A stretch of 64,000 nucleotides of DNA from Takakia lepidozioides (lineage: Eukaryota; Plantae; Bryophyta): positions 24,986,001 to 25,050,000 of the forward strand of contig CM060734.1 of the NCBI GenBank assembly GCA_030704615.1. The letters are read 5' to 3'. Below the pieces are notes generated by a model. It saw only the letters and a list, made by a program, of their open reading frames with translations. It searched no databases and had not been told where the DNA came from. Below are positions 1 through 12,845 of the stretch, piece by piece. The translations under genes and the position numbers were made by a program. Each line of letters begins with the position of its first letter. The stretch's first letter is position 1.

Positions 1-149
1 GGTATGTTCTCTCCCTGTCTAACTGGTGATTGACTGTCCTGATTGCTGGTCGTTATACACTAACTTCAAACATTTCATTATCATTGTGCAGTTGTGTCCA
101 TGTATAATGTCATCTGTGTATCTGAGTATTTCTGCAACCCTATTGCAGA

Positions 150-1320
150 TAGTAAAATTGAAAGAGCTCTCTCAGTTACCTGACATCTATGAAAGACTCG
201 CAAGATCACTGGCCCCGAGCATTTGGGAGCTTGAAGACATAAAAAGGGCCTTCTTTGTCAGGTGTGTATTGTCCCTTGCAGATGTTTCATTTCTAGAGTT
301 TCCCAATGTTAAATCCATGACATCCTTGGAAACAAATTGGAGTACACAGGAGATAATGAAGCTCAAGGGGAGTGTACATCATCATGTTAACTATCTGACA
401 AGGGTATTGGGCAGCAGCTCATGACGGCAAAGGAGATCTAAGGGGCAATGGGAAACAATGAGTCTGATAAGAACAAAGGATTAGTCTGGAAACCATGTTG
501 ATCATGGAAAACCTAACTTGTTCATGTTGGTGGCCTGTCACAGCTTTTTGGTGGTTCTGTGAAAAGATTGTCATCGAGGGCATCGTTCACAGGAGATATT
601 AATGTGCTGCTGGTTGGGGACCCTGGAACCAGCAAGTCACAGTTGCTCCAGTATGTGCACAAGATAGCGCCCCGTGGTATCTACACGAGTGGGCAGGGGA
701 AGCTCAGCTGTTGGGTTGACAGCATACGTGACCAAGGACCCAGAAACTCGAGAGACTGTAGCATGCAGGTCCAAAGGCAAGAAGCTCTTGACCTTCCAAC
801 ACTCACAGCATACATCACCTTTGCCCGCCAACACATTCACCCCAAACTTTCTGATGAAGCTGCCGAGGATCTTATTAACGGCTATGTTGCCATGCGCCGC
901 AAGGGGAACTTTCCTGAGAGCAGAAAGAAGGTGGGTAGATTCATCTGACACTGCTGTAAGTACATGGAGTGTCGTCAACTTTCTTCTATGGTAAAAGGCA
1001 TGTGAGGTAGCGTTAGTTGTATTTCACCTCTGTTTGCAAACCAATGCTTTGAAAGGTTTTGAAAACAAGAACAGTGATTGATGAAGACGGGTCATTGCAG
1101 GCAACTTACTGCCTGCTGAAATGCAATATAGAAGTGCAACATTAGCATGTCTATAATGGTCAGTGCCCTTTCCCCACTTGGTTTTCAGAGCTGGCTGACC
1201 CGTCACCATGTTGTATTGCATCTGGTCACAGGTGATAACTGCCACACCACGGCAGCTGGAAAGTATGATTCGCATCAGTGAGGCCCTTGCAACACGCATT
1301 CGTTTCTTTGAAGTGGTGGG
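150..1320 (+). pseudogene. MCM4: MCM4 replicative helicase subunit pseudogene (frameshifts, internal deletion)
   Basis: Spliced pieces read [108 protein letters not shown] and ITATPRQLESMIRISEALA. The Walker B/SRF region is missing at about 760, and frames shift at about 247 and about 690. Confidence 0.88.
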
Positions 1321-1515
1321 TGGACGTCTCCCTCCCTCCCTCCCTCCCTCTTGTGTTGGGCACTGATTACAGTTAAGGGTGTGAGTTAATAGTACACATG
1401 ATGATCTAAGACAGATACTGTGAACCTTTTCCACGGTAGCACTTGACCGGTCAAAAGAGTGATAAGTTATAGCTTTTGCTTATTTCCAGATTTCTCTTTT
1501 ACTTGCAGATGAAGC

Positions 1516-2000
1516 TTGGATATGTGTCAAGGGTGCATCCAAAGGACAATTATAATCAGTAGCTCTACAGACTTTAAACCAAGGAGGCATTCAGATACCT
1601 ATGTCTGTCTCTTGCTTAAGTGCATCAAGATGAAAGGTCTGGAAGCTGGAAAGCAGGTGCACACGCACATTATCCAAAGTGGATTCACGCCAAATGTTTT
1701 TCTACTCAACACCCTTGTCAACATGTACGTTAAGGGCGGGAGCATCATGGATGCTCCAAGCATTCAACAGAATGCCTCAACGATCTTGATCACGTGGAAT
1801 ATAATGTTGGCAGGATTTACCAAGCATGGGTGTGGTAGGAATGCTTTTGAGACCTATGAGCAGATTCTGCGCAAAGGGGTGAAGCCCAACCACATCAGAT
1901 TTGTTTTGCAATGCGTGTGCAAGCCTGGGAGCTCTGGAAAAGGGGAAAGAGGTCCATGGTGACATCGTCAAAGCTGGAATTGTACCATATGTCATTCATA
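1516..2000 (+). pseudogene. PLS-class pentatricopeptide repeat (PPR) gene fragment
   Basis: DTYVCLLLKC..LEAGKQVHTHIIQSGFTPNVFLLNTLVNMYVKGGSIMDA..ITWNIMLAGFTKHGCGRNAFETYEQILRKGVKPN, then a frameshift and truncation. Confidence 0.85.
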
Positions 2001-3912
2001 TGTTACTCACGATGGTGGGACAACCGCAATTGCAAGGTGTGGCTTTTTCTTAATGTACGATGTGAAGAAGTTTGTCCATCCTGCACATGTGGGCTCTGGG
2101 CTCCTGTTAGTACCATGATTTGATATTCTTCCTGATTATGTTTACAAGGTTCTCGGGAGAGTCAGCTCGGTCTTAGCAGGCTGTGTTTCAATCTATGCCT
2201 GCTCAGCTGCACCGTGTTGGTTCTCACAGACCAATCCGATATCACCTGACACAAGCAGCACACACAAGGGGTCCTTTTGGGTTGATGGTCAAATCCTCCA
2301 TGGATCATGCCTACAAGCCCAAAGAATTCACCGCTCAGATCATCCTCAATGTGTGGGGCATTCTTAAGGTTTGCAGTTGCCTCTCTCTCATATGTGTCAA
2401 TGTTGTCCAGGTATTTGTTGTTTCAGTACTGATAGCAGAATCATTGTGTTTGCAAAACAAACATTCAACTTCTTCCAATCAAGTTTAGTTAACCTAATCA
2501 CTGGTGCGCATGTTGGCAAATACCCAGGCCAGTGGTCATGTCCCTGCTTGGTTGGCGCCTTTGTAAACTGTATGATGCTGGCAAAATGACCTCTGGCCAA
2601 GTCAGCTTTGCAAGGTAAGCTCTCTTGCTGCGAATAGTCAACCTAACTCTAGTCAATTATGCTATATCTTACGACCTCAGATGGAATGCTGCTATGCAGT
2701 GAGGAAGTCTACACTGACATTGCAATTCTGATTCAGCACTGGACTGCAGCACACTGAGGCGAGACATCCACTCTTATTGGTCATGTTGCACATCTAATAT
2801 GTAGGACTTTGTGTTCTCCTTTGTAAGGGTATGGTGCATGGAAATTTGACAGATTTTGGAGGTGAGGCTGACAGGGCGCTCTAGTTGTGGAATAAGTGCT
2901 AACTCCTGGCCACTAAAAGTATTTGATAAGAATTGTACGGGCACCATGGCAGGGGTATGGTAAATGCGTTGCTGAGTGCTGAGATTCCACGAGTGTTGCA
3001 AGCTGCTCCACCTTCAGTCTTGTCCATTCAAGCATGTGCATGTCCACCATTGGTATGCAGCTTGCCTCTACTTTCTTCATTCTGTCTGCAGATATCTGGA
3101 ACCTGTAGTTGCATTCAGATGGTGTAGGAGGAGAATAACAGTCACAATGTCGCCACAGTGTAGGAGAATAACAGTCATAATGCCATTGCAGCTTCAGCAT
3201 TTCCAGAGCTGACTCCCCAATGGTATGCCCTGATAATGTGTGTGGGCAAATTTATAGCCATGGGGATGATATGTGGTTCTGTTTTTTCCATTTTGGCGCA
3301 GGTAATTAAGGAGTTTTGAAGAATGTCAGCAATTAACATCCAAGTTTCTAATTTCTTGAACATGTTATTGAAATTTTAATAATTTGTTAATAGTTAATTT
3401 TTAGCCAAAATTAATAGTTTGTAGTCAATAATTTGCATACCTCATAATGACTTTTGAGCTTCCACCTTTTTGTTTCCAGCTCCCACTGATGTTTGTTGTG
3501 TGGCTTTTCATCTTCTTGTTTGCTGTTTGTGTAGGTTTCGGTCATGATCGTGTCATCTTCTTTTTTGCTGTTTTCTTGGTTTCAGTCATGATCATTGTGT
3601 TTTTCCATCTTCCTCTTCCTCTTTCAGTTTTTTTAATAATCAGCTTTGTCTCTTCAGCTTCCACTTTCTATTGCTTCCACCCTCCATAAAAGCTGATTGT
3701 GTTTAGGACGCATTGCTGATTGTGTGAGTATAGAAGATCTGAAGCACATATTGTCTAGCTATTATTTCTTCCCTTGTCTACATTGTTTTCAGGTAATTTT
3801 GTCTTTTCAGGTAGTGTGATGGTTGTGAGACGCAACTGACCTCTTTTGACTGTAGATGATCTTGATTATAGTGTGAGAGATGTAGCTTTTGAGTGTTTTG
3901 TTTTGAGTACGT

Positions 3913-4353
3913 ATGGAAATTTTTGAGAAGACTAACACAGAATCTTCTTCATTTTCTTACCTTCATGCTGATGTGACGGACAGATTTGGCATCCAGACTG
4001 TCACAATCACCATCTATGGCAACCTCATGAAGAATCATGAGGGTTGTTTTGTCAAAGGGGCAGCATTGAGGATTGAGAACTTTGCTTTGCGCCCTAAACA
4101 AAAATGGGAGAAAGGGGATAGTGACGTGGCAATAAGGATAAGCTCTGCCACAACAGTTGAAGTGCTTCCTCCATTCGTTCCCGTTGTGGAGCTCTATTTC
4201 TTTCCAATAGAATCAATCTCTGAGTTTGTATCATGCACGGGAGAGAAGTTCGTCACATCCACTCTCGCGGTAGTTGTGATATCTGTCTGGGGGCAGATTG
4301 ACAGCAAATATGAGCTAAAAGTTGCCGATGGCATCAGTCCTGAAGATATTTAG
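3913..4353 (+). pseudogene. RPA70-like OB-fold ORF remnant, probable Helitron accessory gene
   Basis: SYLHADVTDRFGIQTVTITIYGNLMKNHEGCFVKGAALRIENFALRPK..AIRISSATTVEVL resembles an RPA/DUF223-type OB fold and lies about 2 kb from a Helitron Rep remnant. Confidence 0.5.
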
Positions 4354-4829
4354 ATCGTAAGTTCAAAACCTATGTTTTTGACTTTTCAAAATGACAGATT
4401 TGGATAGGCATATGTGACATTGTGGTTTTAAGGTTTCTTAGTTCTCAGCTTTCTTCCGATTCCCAATGTTTCATAAACATGGTAGAGTTTGAATTTCATT
4501 CACATGTGTTTCAAACTTTTTGGTTTTCACTCATGTACAACATGCATACATATTCAGAATGTTGTAGTTAATAGTATGGTGTTGTGTACATACTGTAAGA
4601 TCACTTTTCATCTATTTCCTTTCATTTTACAGTATGATATCCAATCGGATATCTATCGTGAATCTGGTTTTTTTCTTGAAACGGTTGAAACTGATACACA
4701 TTGTGTTTGATGTCGTGTAGGTGAGTTTTCTTCCTTCATTTCATTTGATACACTATAAATGATATCGCATAAAAAATAGGTGGTAAAAATATATATTATT
4801 AATAATAAGATATCAAAATACAGCTTATC

Positions 4830-5510
4830 ATGAGTCAGAATTATAAATTATAAATTATATTATATAAAGGTATATGATAAATAATAATGAAAACCTTAAG
4901 CGTATATGAATTTAAAAAAATTATAATTTTATAATGTAAATATTAGTCAATGTGAAATGATATATAAAATCGATGGATCTGAAGGGATCTGAAGGGATCT
5001 AAGATCTGAAAAAAATTACATATAGTTTTTTTTAAAAAATAGTTCTTCATTTGCAACTTAGTTGTTTTAAAAAAATTAGTTCTTGATTTGTCTATAAAAT
5101 GATGGATTTAAAGGGATCTGAAGGGATCTGAGATCTGAAAAAAAACTAAAGCTTTTGAAAAGTTGGAAAAATGTGATAATTGCTAACACATGGAAATTTA
5201 TTTAATAATTAAATATCTGAAATAAAAAATCACCTACATTCATTTAAAAAATATGTATATATACAAAATAAATATAAGAAGAGTTGACGATTGATAAATA
5301 TTTATAATTTATTTATGGCATAAATTTATTGATTAATTATAGTGTTTTTTCCAATGATATTTAAGAACTCCAAGAAGATAACAATAGTATATAAATTGAT
5401 GGATCTAAAGGGATCTAAGATCTGAAAAAAACTAAAGATTTTGAAAAACTGAAACAATGTGGATATTACCAGACATTGTTTTCCAATGATATGTAACAAC
5501 TTCAAGAAGA
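4830..5510. repeat. AT-rich Helitron-associated internal repeat with a GATGGATCT(G/A)AAGGGATCTGAAGGGATCT motif
   Basis: The motif occurs at about 4972, 5101 and 5398. The block is repeated in diverged form at about 11240-12005, with the motif at about 11392 and 11958. Confidence 0.7.
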
Positions 5511-6546
5511 TAACCGGAGGGTTGCTCGCGCGTGAGTAGCGTTCGGGCCCACGTGCCTTCCGGCTCCGCCCCTCGTTGGGGGGGTTACCTTACTCCTATG
5601 CGTACGATTGTCCTTGCCGCGAGACGCGGATAGTACCCATGCTATGGTTCCCTGCGGTCTGATCCCATATAAGGTTAGGGAGTCCACCCGAGCGATTGCT
5701 TTCAACCTTTGTCTTCCCAAACGCGCCCTCCTAGGCGTTTTTGAGCCAAGAAAGCGCTTTGCGTTCGATTCTCTGCGCCCATAGATCTCCACCTTAGGCC
5801 TTCGCTTCGAGAGAACGTATTCTCTTCTCTCTGACTGAAGAAAGGCAATAAAGTCCAAGGGTTAGAATAATAAACGCATAGCGCAGCAATTCAACAACAA
5901 AATTAATATATAATATTCATTAATTGCAACCAGCATTGAAACCAAGAGTATAACAACTGAAATATTTTGAAATGGAATGGGGTCTTACCAACAATGTTGA
6001 AGTTAGTTTTGTAGTCAATGTTTTGGGTTCAATGGCGGTGACTAAAATAGACGCAAACAAACTTGAATCAAACTATCTAAGCTGCATCGTAACCTACAAT
6101 TTCAGAAACAGGGCTAAGTGCAAATGTACCTCTCAACCGAATTTTGGACAGCCGACCAACGACACTCACACGATTCTCTTGATGTGATGTCAAGAGATCA
6201 GCTTCATCGAGCCCTACGATTGTCTGCAACCACTCTCCCTTAACTTGACAATCAACCCTAGAAGCTGTAGTGGATATGCGCCGAGTAATACAACCTTCTA
6301 AAGCACATGGATGTATGGCCTGACATGTATTGCATAAATATTGTCCTCCTTGTTGCAAAACAATGTCAGTGAAATGGCAGTTCAAGTATACACGCTTGAA
6401 AGGAGGCTGCGCTGGATACGAGACAGCAAAATATCATCTGTCTTTCCAAATTGAAGTCCAAATGAGATAATATACTTACAATGTTGACATAGTTCGAATT
6501 AAAAAAGTATGATGTCACTAATTTAGATAAATTATCGCATTCATAT

Positions 6547-7520
6547 TTGGGTTATAGAGATTTAGAAAGACTACGAACATCACCTGATTATTTGGCTCGA
6601 TTATGCAAAGATGCTTTCGCAATGATTCGACAATTAGGACCGCCTACATTTTTTGTCACATTCACAAGTGCGAAAAGCAAATGGCAACCATTATTAAAGC
6701 TTTACATATACTCAATCACGAAAGACTAGAAATTCCTAATAGCATAGATCATTTAGAACCTAAACATGCCGTTGAATTGATTCGATTAGATCCCGTTACT
6801 TGTGCACGTTACTACGATCACAGAATGGGAGCATTTAGAGATTTATGTAAAAAAAGATCCAAGTATTTTTGGTCCCGTACAAAACTACTTCTTTGTCACT
6901 GAATTTCAAAGCAGAGGAAGTGAACATGACCACGGTATGTTATGGATAGCAAATGCACCAATCTATGGCAAAAATAGTAATGATGATCTTCTTCCACTTA
7001 CTTTACGTGAAGCTCAAATAATCGACACAAACGAACTTGTAAGAAAAAAAATCAAGTAGTATATTGTTTTCATTATCCATTATCTCCCATGCATTCAACT
7101 GTGATTTTAGAACCTTTTCAACACGACTTAGATGACAATGATACAAGACGATATGCAAAAATAGCAAACGATATATTTGATACACTAAATAAAATGGATG
7201 CTAATACAAATATTTCATTCGACAAATTTATTGCGTTACTTAATTTAGAAATGGACACATATATAAAAAATTTACGGAGTCGATTGAAAAAACCAACAAT
7301 ATTTTTAAAAAGAGCATGTAAAGATATTCGTACAAATGCTTTTGGCAATCAGGCAGGCAATCTTTGGCAAGCCAATACTGACACACAATTTATACTTGAT
7401 CCATATGCTGCAGCCAGTTATTATACATCTTATCTAACAAAAGTGGACAAAACTATTACAAACAAATTTCGGATTATAATAAATAAATGTGTCAATGATC
7501 AAGTTGATGCTAATGTAAGA
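6547..7520 (+). mobile_element. Helitron Rep (rolling-circle HUH) domain remnant, frameshifted
   Basis: RQLGPPTFFVTFTSA (motif 1), DPVTCARYY, TEFQSRGSEHDHGMLW (HUH motif 2) and ANTDTQFILDPYAAASYYTSYLTK (motif 3 tyrosines). Confidence 0.9.
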
Positions 7521-8131
7521 ATGTGGATGTGGGTTCAATCCACGGTCTGGTGTGTCATCATGAAGGTGTCCACCTTTCAGCTGGAATGGCTACTTGTGGT
7601 GAAGAGACACCATAAGTTACGCTCCCTTGGGGAGGCGTCATACTTTCTTTCTTTTATTCTCTCTCTTTCTCTATCTCTCTAGAGTGGATAGAGAGAGACA
7701 GAAAGAGAGAGAATAATAAATAGTCGAAAAAAAACAAAATAAGGAACCCCCTCTCCTCTAAAGAACCCCTAAAGGCCTACGAGACATACCCATACTCTCA
7801 TTTGACAAACATCCAAGGGGATGAACCCTACGAAAGTGACCTGATCTACTTCATGCACCTTCTGTAAAAAATATTGGGAGATTTGACCATCTAATTATGA
7901 AGATTACAACAAAAATGCTAGGCCAAATTTTCTACCATTCTCCATTTTCATAATGAAAAATTGGTTTGACCAAGCAGGTGGTCTATCATTTACAATTTTC
8001 ATTGATACGGGCTATCTAGATTGTGGTAATGTGTGGGATGGCTAGAGGCAGGACCACGTGTAGGACGTGGGTCCCCCGCAAGGGCCGCAAACTTGGGGGG
8101 CATAATCGCAAGATGAAGTCCCACCTATTTA

Positions 8132-9590
8132 ATGATGACAGGTTGGGAGCCTAAGATATCCATCTACTTTCCTCAACTGCTATGGTGCATCCACCAGACT
8201 GTACTTTTAGTGGGAATGGCAAAACAGTACGTCGTGTGGCTTTGGGGCCTGATCACGATGCGAAGGTGGAATCTGCCAAACTTTTTTAGGCTCAGGAAAC
8301 AGGAACTATGGAAGTTCCTTCACCTGGGTATGGACGGGTTTATGCTTTGGTCACTTCTGGGTCTGTTTTGCACGACACGGCATATCAGGTGACGGTGGGC
8401 AATTTTTCAGATTGTACTGGGTGAGAATGTGTTATTTGAAATGAGGTTATTGTCACTAACACAACAATGGCATAACTTCACCATTTGCAAATGTCATGTT
8501 CCATGTAGTCACAACAAATGAGTCTACAAGTAGACAGGAAACCAGATCGTTCAGAACAAAACCAACATGAAAACCAGGAACTGTGTCTACATTGGGTTAC
8601 AAACAATGTTCATGCATAGGACTCAGTGTCACTGGCACCACAAACAGAGGAAGTTCTACAAACAATGCAGCCCTCCTAGACATGGCGAAAAATCACAACA
8701 TATGCCACACTCACTATTGCCAATGTCTCGCTGCAAAAGTGTCTTCACCTCGCTAGGACCAAGTGTCGCCTGGTGAATGAATTGGTCTCTTTTGGGATCA
8801 CAATACATCATGCGCAAGAAGATGTAGTAAAGATGCTTGCAGGGAACCCATTTCCCTCTCTTCCCGAGAGTAGCCTCACACATGCACACAAAGTCCGGAT
8901 GATCCACAAATTTTTTGGAACCCCAATAAGCTTTGCGATGACCATCTGATTTTTTTTTCACCTCTTCTTCAATAACAAACACCTGGACAAGTTTCACAAT
9001 GAGAGCTCATTTTTTTTTCACCTCTTCTTCAGAAACAAAGCCTAAATAAGCTTTTCATGATGACCATCTGATTTTTTTTCACCTCTTCTTCAATAACAAA
9101 AACCTGGACAAATTTCACAATGAGAGCTCATTTTTTTTTCACCTCTTCTTCAGAAACAAAGCCTAAATAAGCTTCATGATGGTCCCATCCGCATTTTTTT
9201 TAACATCTCCTTCAATATTTAATCCATCCATCATCCATCCACCATGGATGGAATATTGCAAATGTCAGTAAGCTTCACGAGGAGCATCCAATTTTGTTTA
9301 CCTCTTCTTCATCCAAGAAACCCTAAATAAGCTTCATGATGACTTATCGAACTTTTTTTTTTCACCTCTTCTTCACTAACAAAACCTTAGTAAGCTTCAC
9401 AATGAGCATCCATTTTTTCTATACCTCTTTTTTTAAGCGCCGTAAGTGCTTCCACGATAATAGGACCCCCTCTAAACCCAGTCCTCGGTTACAGGGCCTA
9501 CTTCTCCCTCCTCTAAGCCCTGGGCTTGCGCGGCTGGGCTCACGCCATAGCTATGCTCACCACGGAGTCGGTGCTCTTCTTGCTACAATA
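8132..9590 (+). mobile_element. 3' fragment of the MULE family (copy D): SWIM region plus subterminal repeats, with an internal inversion
   Basis: 8132-8420 matches 20980-21290. 8420-8905 is the inverted SWIM tail (PDFVCMCEATLGKRGKWVPCKHLYYIFLRMMYCDPKRDQFIHQATLGP). 8905-9590 matches 21800-22905. Confidence 0.85.
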
Positions 9591-9599
9591 CTCGTTTGT

Positions 9600-10260
9600 T
9601 GGTACTGCAGTTACTCTCTTGTTGGGATTCTAGTCCAAAATAATATGGGTGTCGCCTATGGAACCACAAACATTGGGAAATCCGCAAGCATCTTTAAACC
9701 CTACAATAATCCTGTGAAGTCGATCTCTATGAGGTATGGAGATGTACTTGGCAAATAGTTTGTGTTCATCAATAAGTACAATGACATCGAGGTCAACATA
9801 TATTCTGATTGTCGATATTTGCTCTAACACCAAACAAGTCAGCCATTTGGTTTGCACTTGTGCCATGGGCAAATCGATACAAGGGAAACCTAACAAAATC
9901 TAGCGAACCTCCAATGGTTGCCTTACAAACATGTGAGCACGTGACTTGATCCATGGTTCAAGCTCCGTAACCAAGAACATAAAACTTGCAAATAGCATTT
10001 GATAAGCTTGAATGAATTTTCTATCCCTCATATCGGAACTTGTATGCCATACCTCCCCCTCTACAATGTCCCAATGAGTGCATTGTCGAGGCTCTTTCCA
10101 CCAAGTCCTCTAGGTTTCTTCTTTTCATAGGCCAACATGTTGCAAAAAGAATGGAAAGAGATTTTGACAAAAGACTTGAATCGTCATATTTCGGAAATAC
10201 AAGAGTTATTTTTTATTTTTTATTTATTTTTATTGATGAAAACGATGTGGGAGACCCTTG
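9600..10260 (-). mobile_element. PIF/Harbinger transposase fragment
   Basis: YISIP..RLHRIIVGFKDACGFPNVCGSIGDTHI is a degenerate form of the PIF DDE_Tnp_4 motif FPNxxGAIDGTHI. Confidence 0.7.
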
Positions 10261-10926
10261 TGGAACAAAAAAGGAACACAAAGTACACTAACAAGTTCAA
10301 CATCCTCCATGTTCACCTACAAATCCTTCACAAATTAGCTCAGTGTCTAACGTAAATCACAATTCAATCAAAACCCCCCTTGGGATAATTTATATCCCAC
10401 CTTATTTATAAAAGTTGAGAGGCCTTTGTCCCTCTTTCTTAAAAAACAAGCGGCTCGTCGCGTAATGGCTCTTCCTTATGGTGACTACCTATAAGAGTAT
10501 TATGAGGATGATATATGTTGGTAGCAAGGAATGTAATTAGATCATTTAAAAGTAAAAAAATAGGTTTATGGTCCGTCCAATGTGCTTATGTAATGCTAGA
10601 TATGCAATGTTAGTGACGTGCATTTGTCCAACCATGGTCTAGTTGAGATCCATAAATACTAAATAGTAGACTTACTAATTGGAAATTGGAGTTGCATGTG
10701 AAAAGAAAACATGAATTTTTGCAATTGATTTATTGTTTGTAAGAGATATACATTAAAATCCCCTATTATTATTGTTGGGCATGTATGTTGGATATTATCA
10801 ATGAGCTTCCTTAGAGAAGATAAGAAAATAGTAAATTGTAGTGTGCAACATATGAATTATTTTCCTAGTATTCAAATTAAGTGTTGCAGCTCTATATTCG
10901 GATTCCCGCTTGGTTGCTAATTTAAC

Positions 10927-11240
10927 ATTTGTACGAATATCTTTACATGCTCTTTTTAAAAGTATTGTTGGTTTTTTCAGTTGACTTCGTAATTGTTTTA
11001 TATATGTGTTCAATTCTAAATTAAATAATCCAATAAATTTGTTGAATGAAATATTTACATTAACATCCATTTTATTTAGTGTATCAAATATATCGTTTGT
11101 TATCTTTCCATATCGTCAGTATCATCTGAGTCTTGTTGAAAAGGTTCTAAAATCACAGTTGAATGCATGGGAGGTAATGGCTAATGAAAACGACATACTG
11201 CTTGATTTTTTTCATATAAGTTTGTTTGTGTCGATGACTA
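10927..11240 (-). mobile_element. Inverted duplicate of part of the Helitron Rep remnant (7020-7335)
   Basis: MDVNVNISFNKFIGLFNLELNTYIKQLRSQLKKPTILLKRACKDIRTN versus MDANTNISFDKFIALLNLEMDTYIKNLRSRLKKPTIFLKRACKDIRTN. Confidence 0.85.
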
Positions 11241-12399
11241 TAGATCATCATGAATTAGAATTATAAATTATAAATGATATTAAATAAGAAATATATGATA
11301 AATAATAATAATAATCTTAAAAATATATGAATATAAAAATAAATTGATTTTGTAATATTAATGTTAGTAGATGTGAAATGGTATACAATTTGATGGATCT
11401 AAAGGGACCTGAAGGGATCTAAGGCATCTGAGAAAAACTAGAGGTTTTAAAAAGTTGAAAACATATGGATATTACTAGACTGAAAAAATTCTTTAATAAT
11501 TAGATATCTAAATTAAAATAAACACCTACATTCATTCACATATAGATATATAATAAATTGAAGAAGAATTGGACATTGACTTTTAGAATTTTTTTATAGA
11601 ATAAATATAATGATTAATTATACTATTTTTTCAACGATATACAACAATTTCAAGAAGATAGCAACAAATCAACACCAAAATGAGTTTATAATATATAATA
11701 TAATTGTATTAACTTCTAAAGATCCATACGAAACTTCGTAGAACACTGATTACGCTGTGTGTGTCTTATGATGTAATGGGGGTTTTAGTTTTTTTCTCCA
11801 AATATTTAATGATAAAATTCATCGTGGCCTCTGTCCCCTATTCTGTTTTTTTTTTAAACTTAATATATTAAAATTGAATTATTATTATTTTTAAATAGTT
11901 CTTAATTTGCAACTCAATTGTTTTTTAAGAAATTAATTTTTCATTTGTATATAAGTTGATGGATCTAAAGGGACCTGAAGGGATCTGAGATCTGAAAAAA
12001 CTAAAACTACCATCGAGTGAGCGGCTGCAGCCATTGCAGGGGACACATAGGCCCATGCCCACTTCCCGAGGAATCCCTTGACACTGCGTTCGAAGCAACG
12101 TTTCCGGACATGATGAAAGTACTCTGTGGAATAGACGCGGCTTCGTAACGGAAAACTAAACCCAGACTATTGATAATCTTATATACTAGCAGACCAATTT
12201 CCTCACCCTCTATTGGTATAGTACCCAAAGCAAACGCTCCCGCAGTCCTAGGAAAAAAAGGCAAAAACTCCTCCCCCACACAAATCCACTTTCTCCCCCC
12301 CCCCACGATCAGTCCTGGCCACCGAAGTTCAAACTCCAAGAAGCCCCAGAACCGCACTCATAGAGATGGAAAAAAGTGGGTTGGGAATGAGGGGTAGGC

Positions 12400-12845
12400 C
12401 CTTATATACTGCCTGGAGAGGCCTGGCGCGCGACCGCTTCTGCTGCCCATTCACGCCTCGCCACGTGTCCAGGGAGCGGTCGCACCTGATAACAAAAAAG
12501 AAAATATGCGACCCCCCATAAGCGGTCGCACCAAATAACAAAAAAGAAAAAGTCTGCGACCACCACCGGCTGGTGGTCGCACCCATTTAAAAAATAATTA
12601 AAAATGTGCGAATATCCCTTGCTGGTGGTCACATCCATTTAAATAATAATTAAAAATGTGCGACCATCCCCTGCTGGTGGTCGCACCTATTTAAAAAAAA
12701 TGAAAAAGTTGCGACCACCACCTGCTGGTGGTCGCACCCAATTTAAAAAAAAGAAAAAATGTGCGACCACCCTCTGCTTGTGGTCGCACCTATTAAAAAA
12801 ATGAAAATGCTGCGACCACCACCTAATGGTGGTCGCACCCCAAGA
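12400..12845. repeat. Tandem palindromic array TGCGACCACC-N3-4-GGTGGTCGCA separated by A-rich spacers (hAT-type subterminal repeat)
   Basis: About 7 units at about 50 bp period, preceded by CCTTATATA and CCACGTG as in the 31.7-kb array. Confidence 0.8.

Noticed and set aside
2150-3260. Additional exon-like gene fragments
   Set aside because: It looks coding-like, but I could not assign any family or consistent frame.
3447-3689. Hydrophobic 80-aa membrane-protein-like ORF
   Set aside because: T/C-rich low-complexity sequence with no supporting motif.
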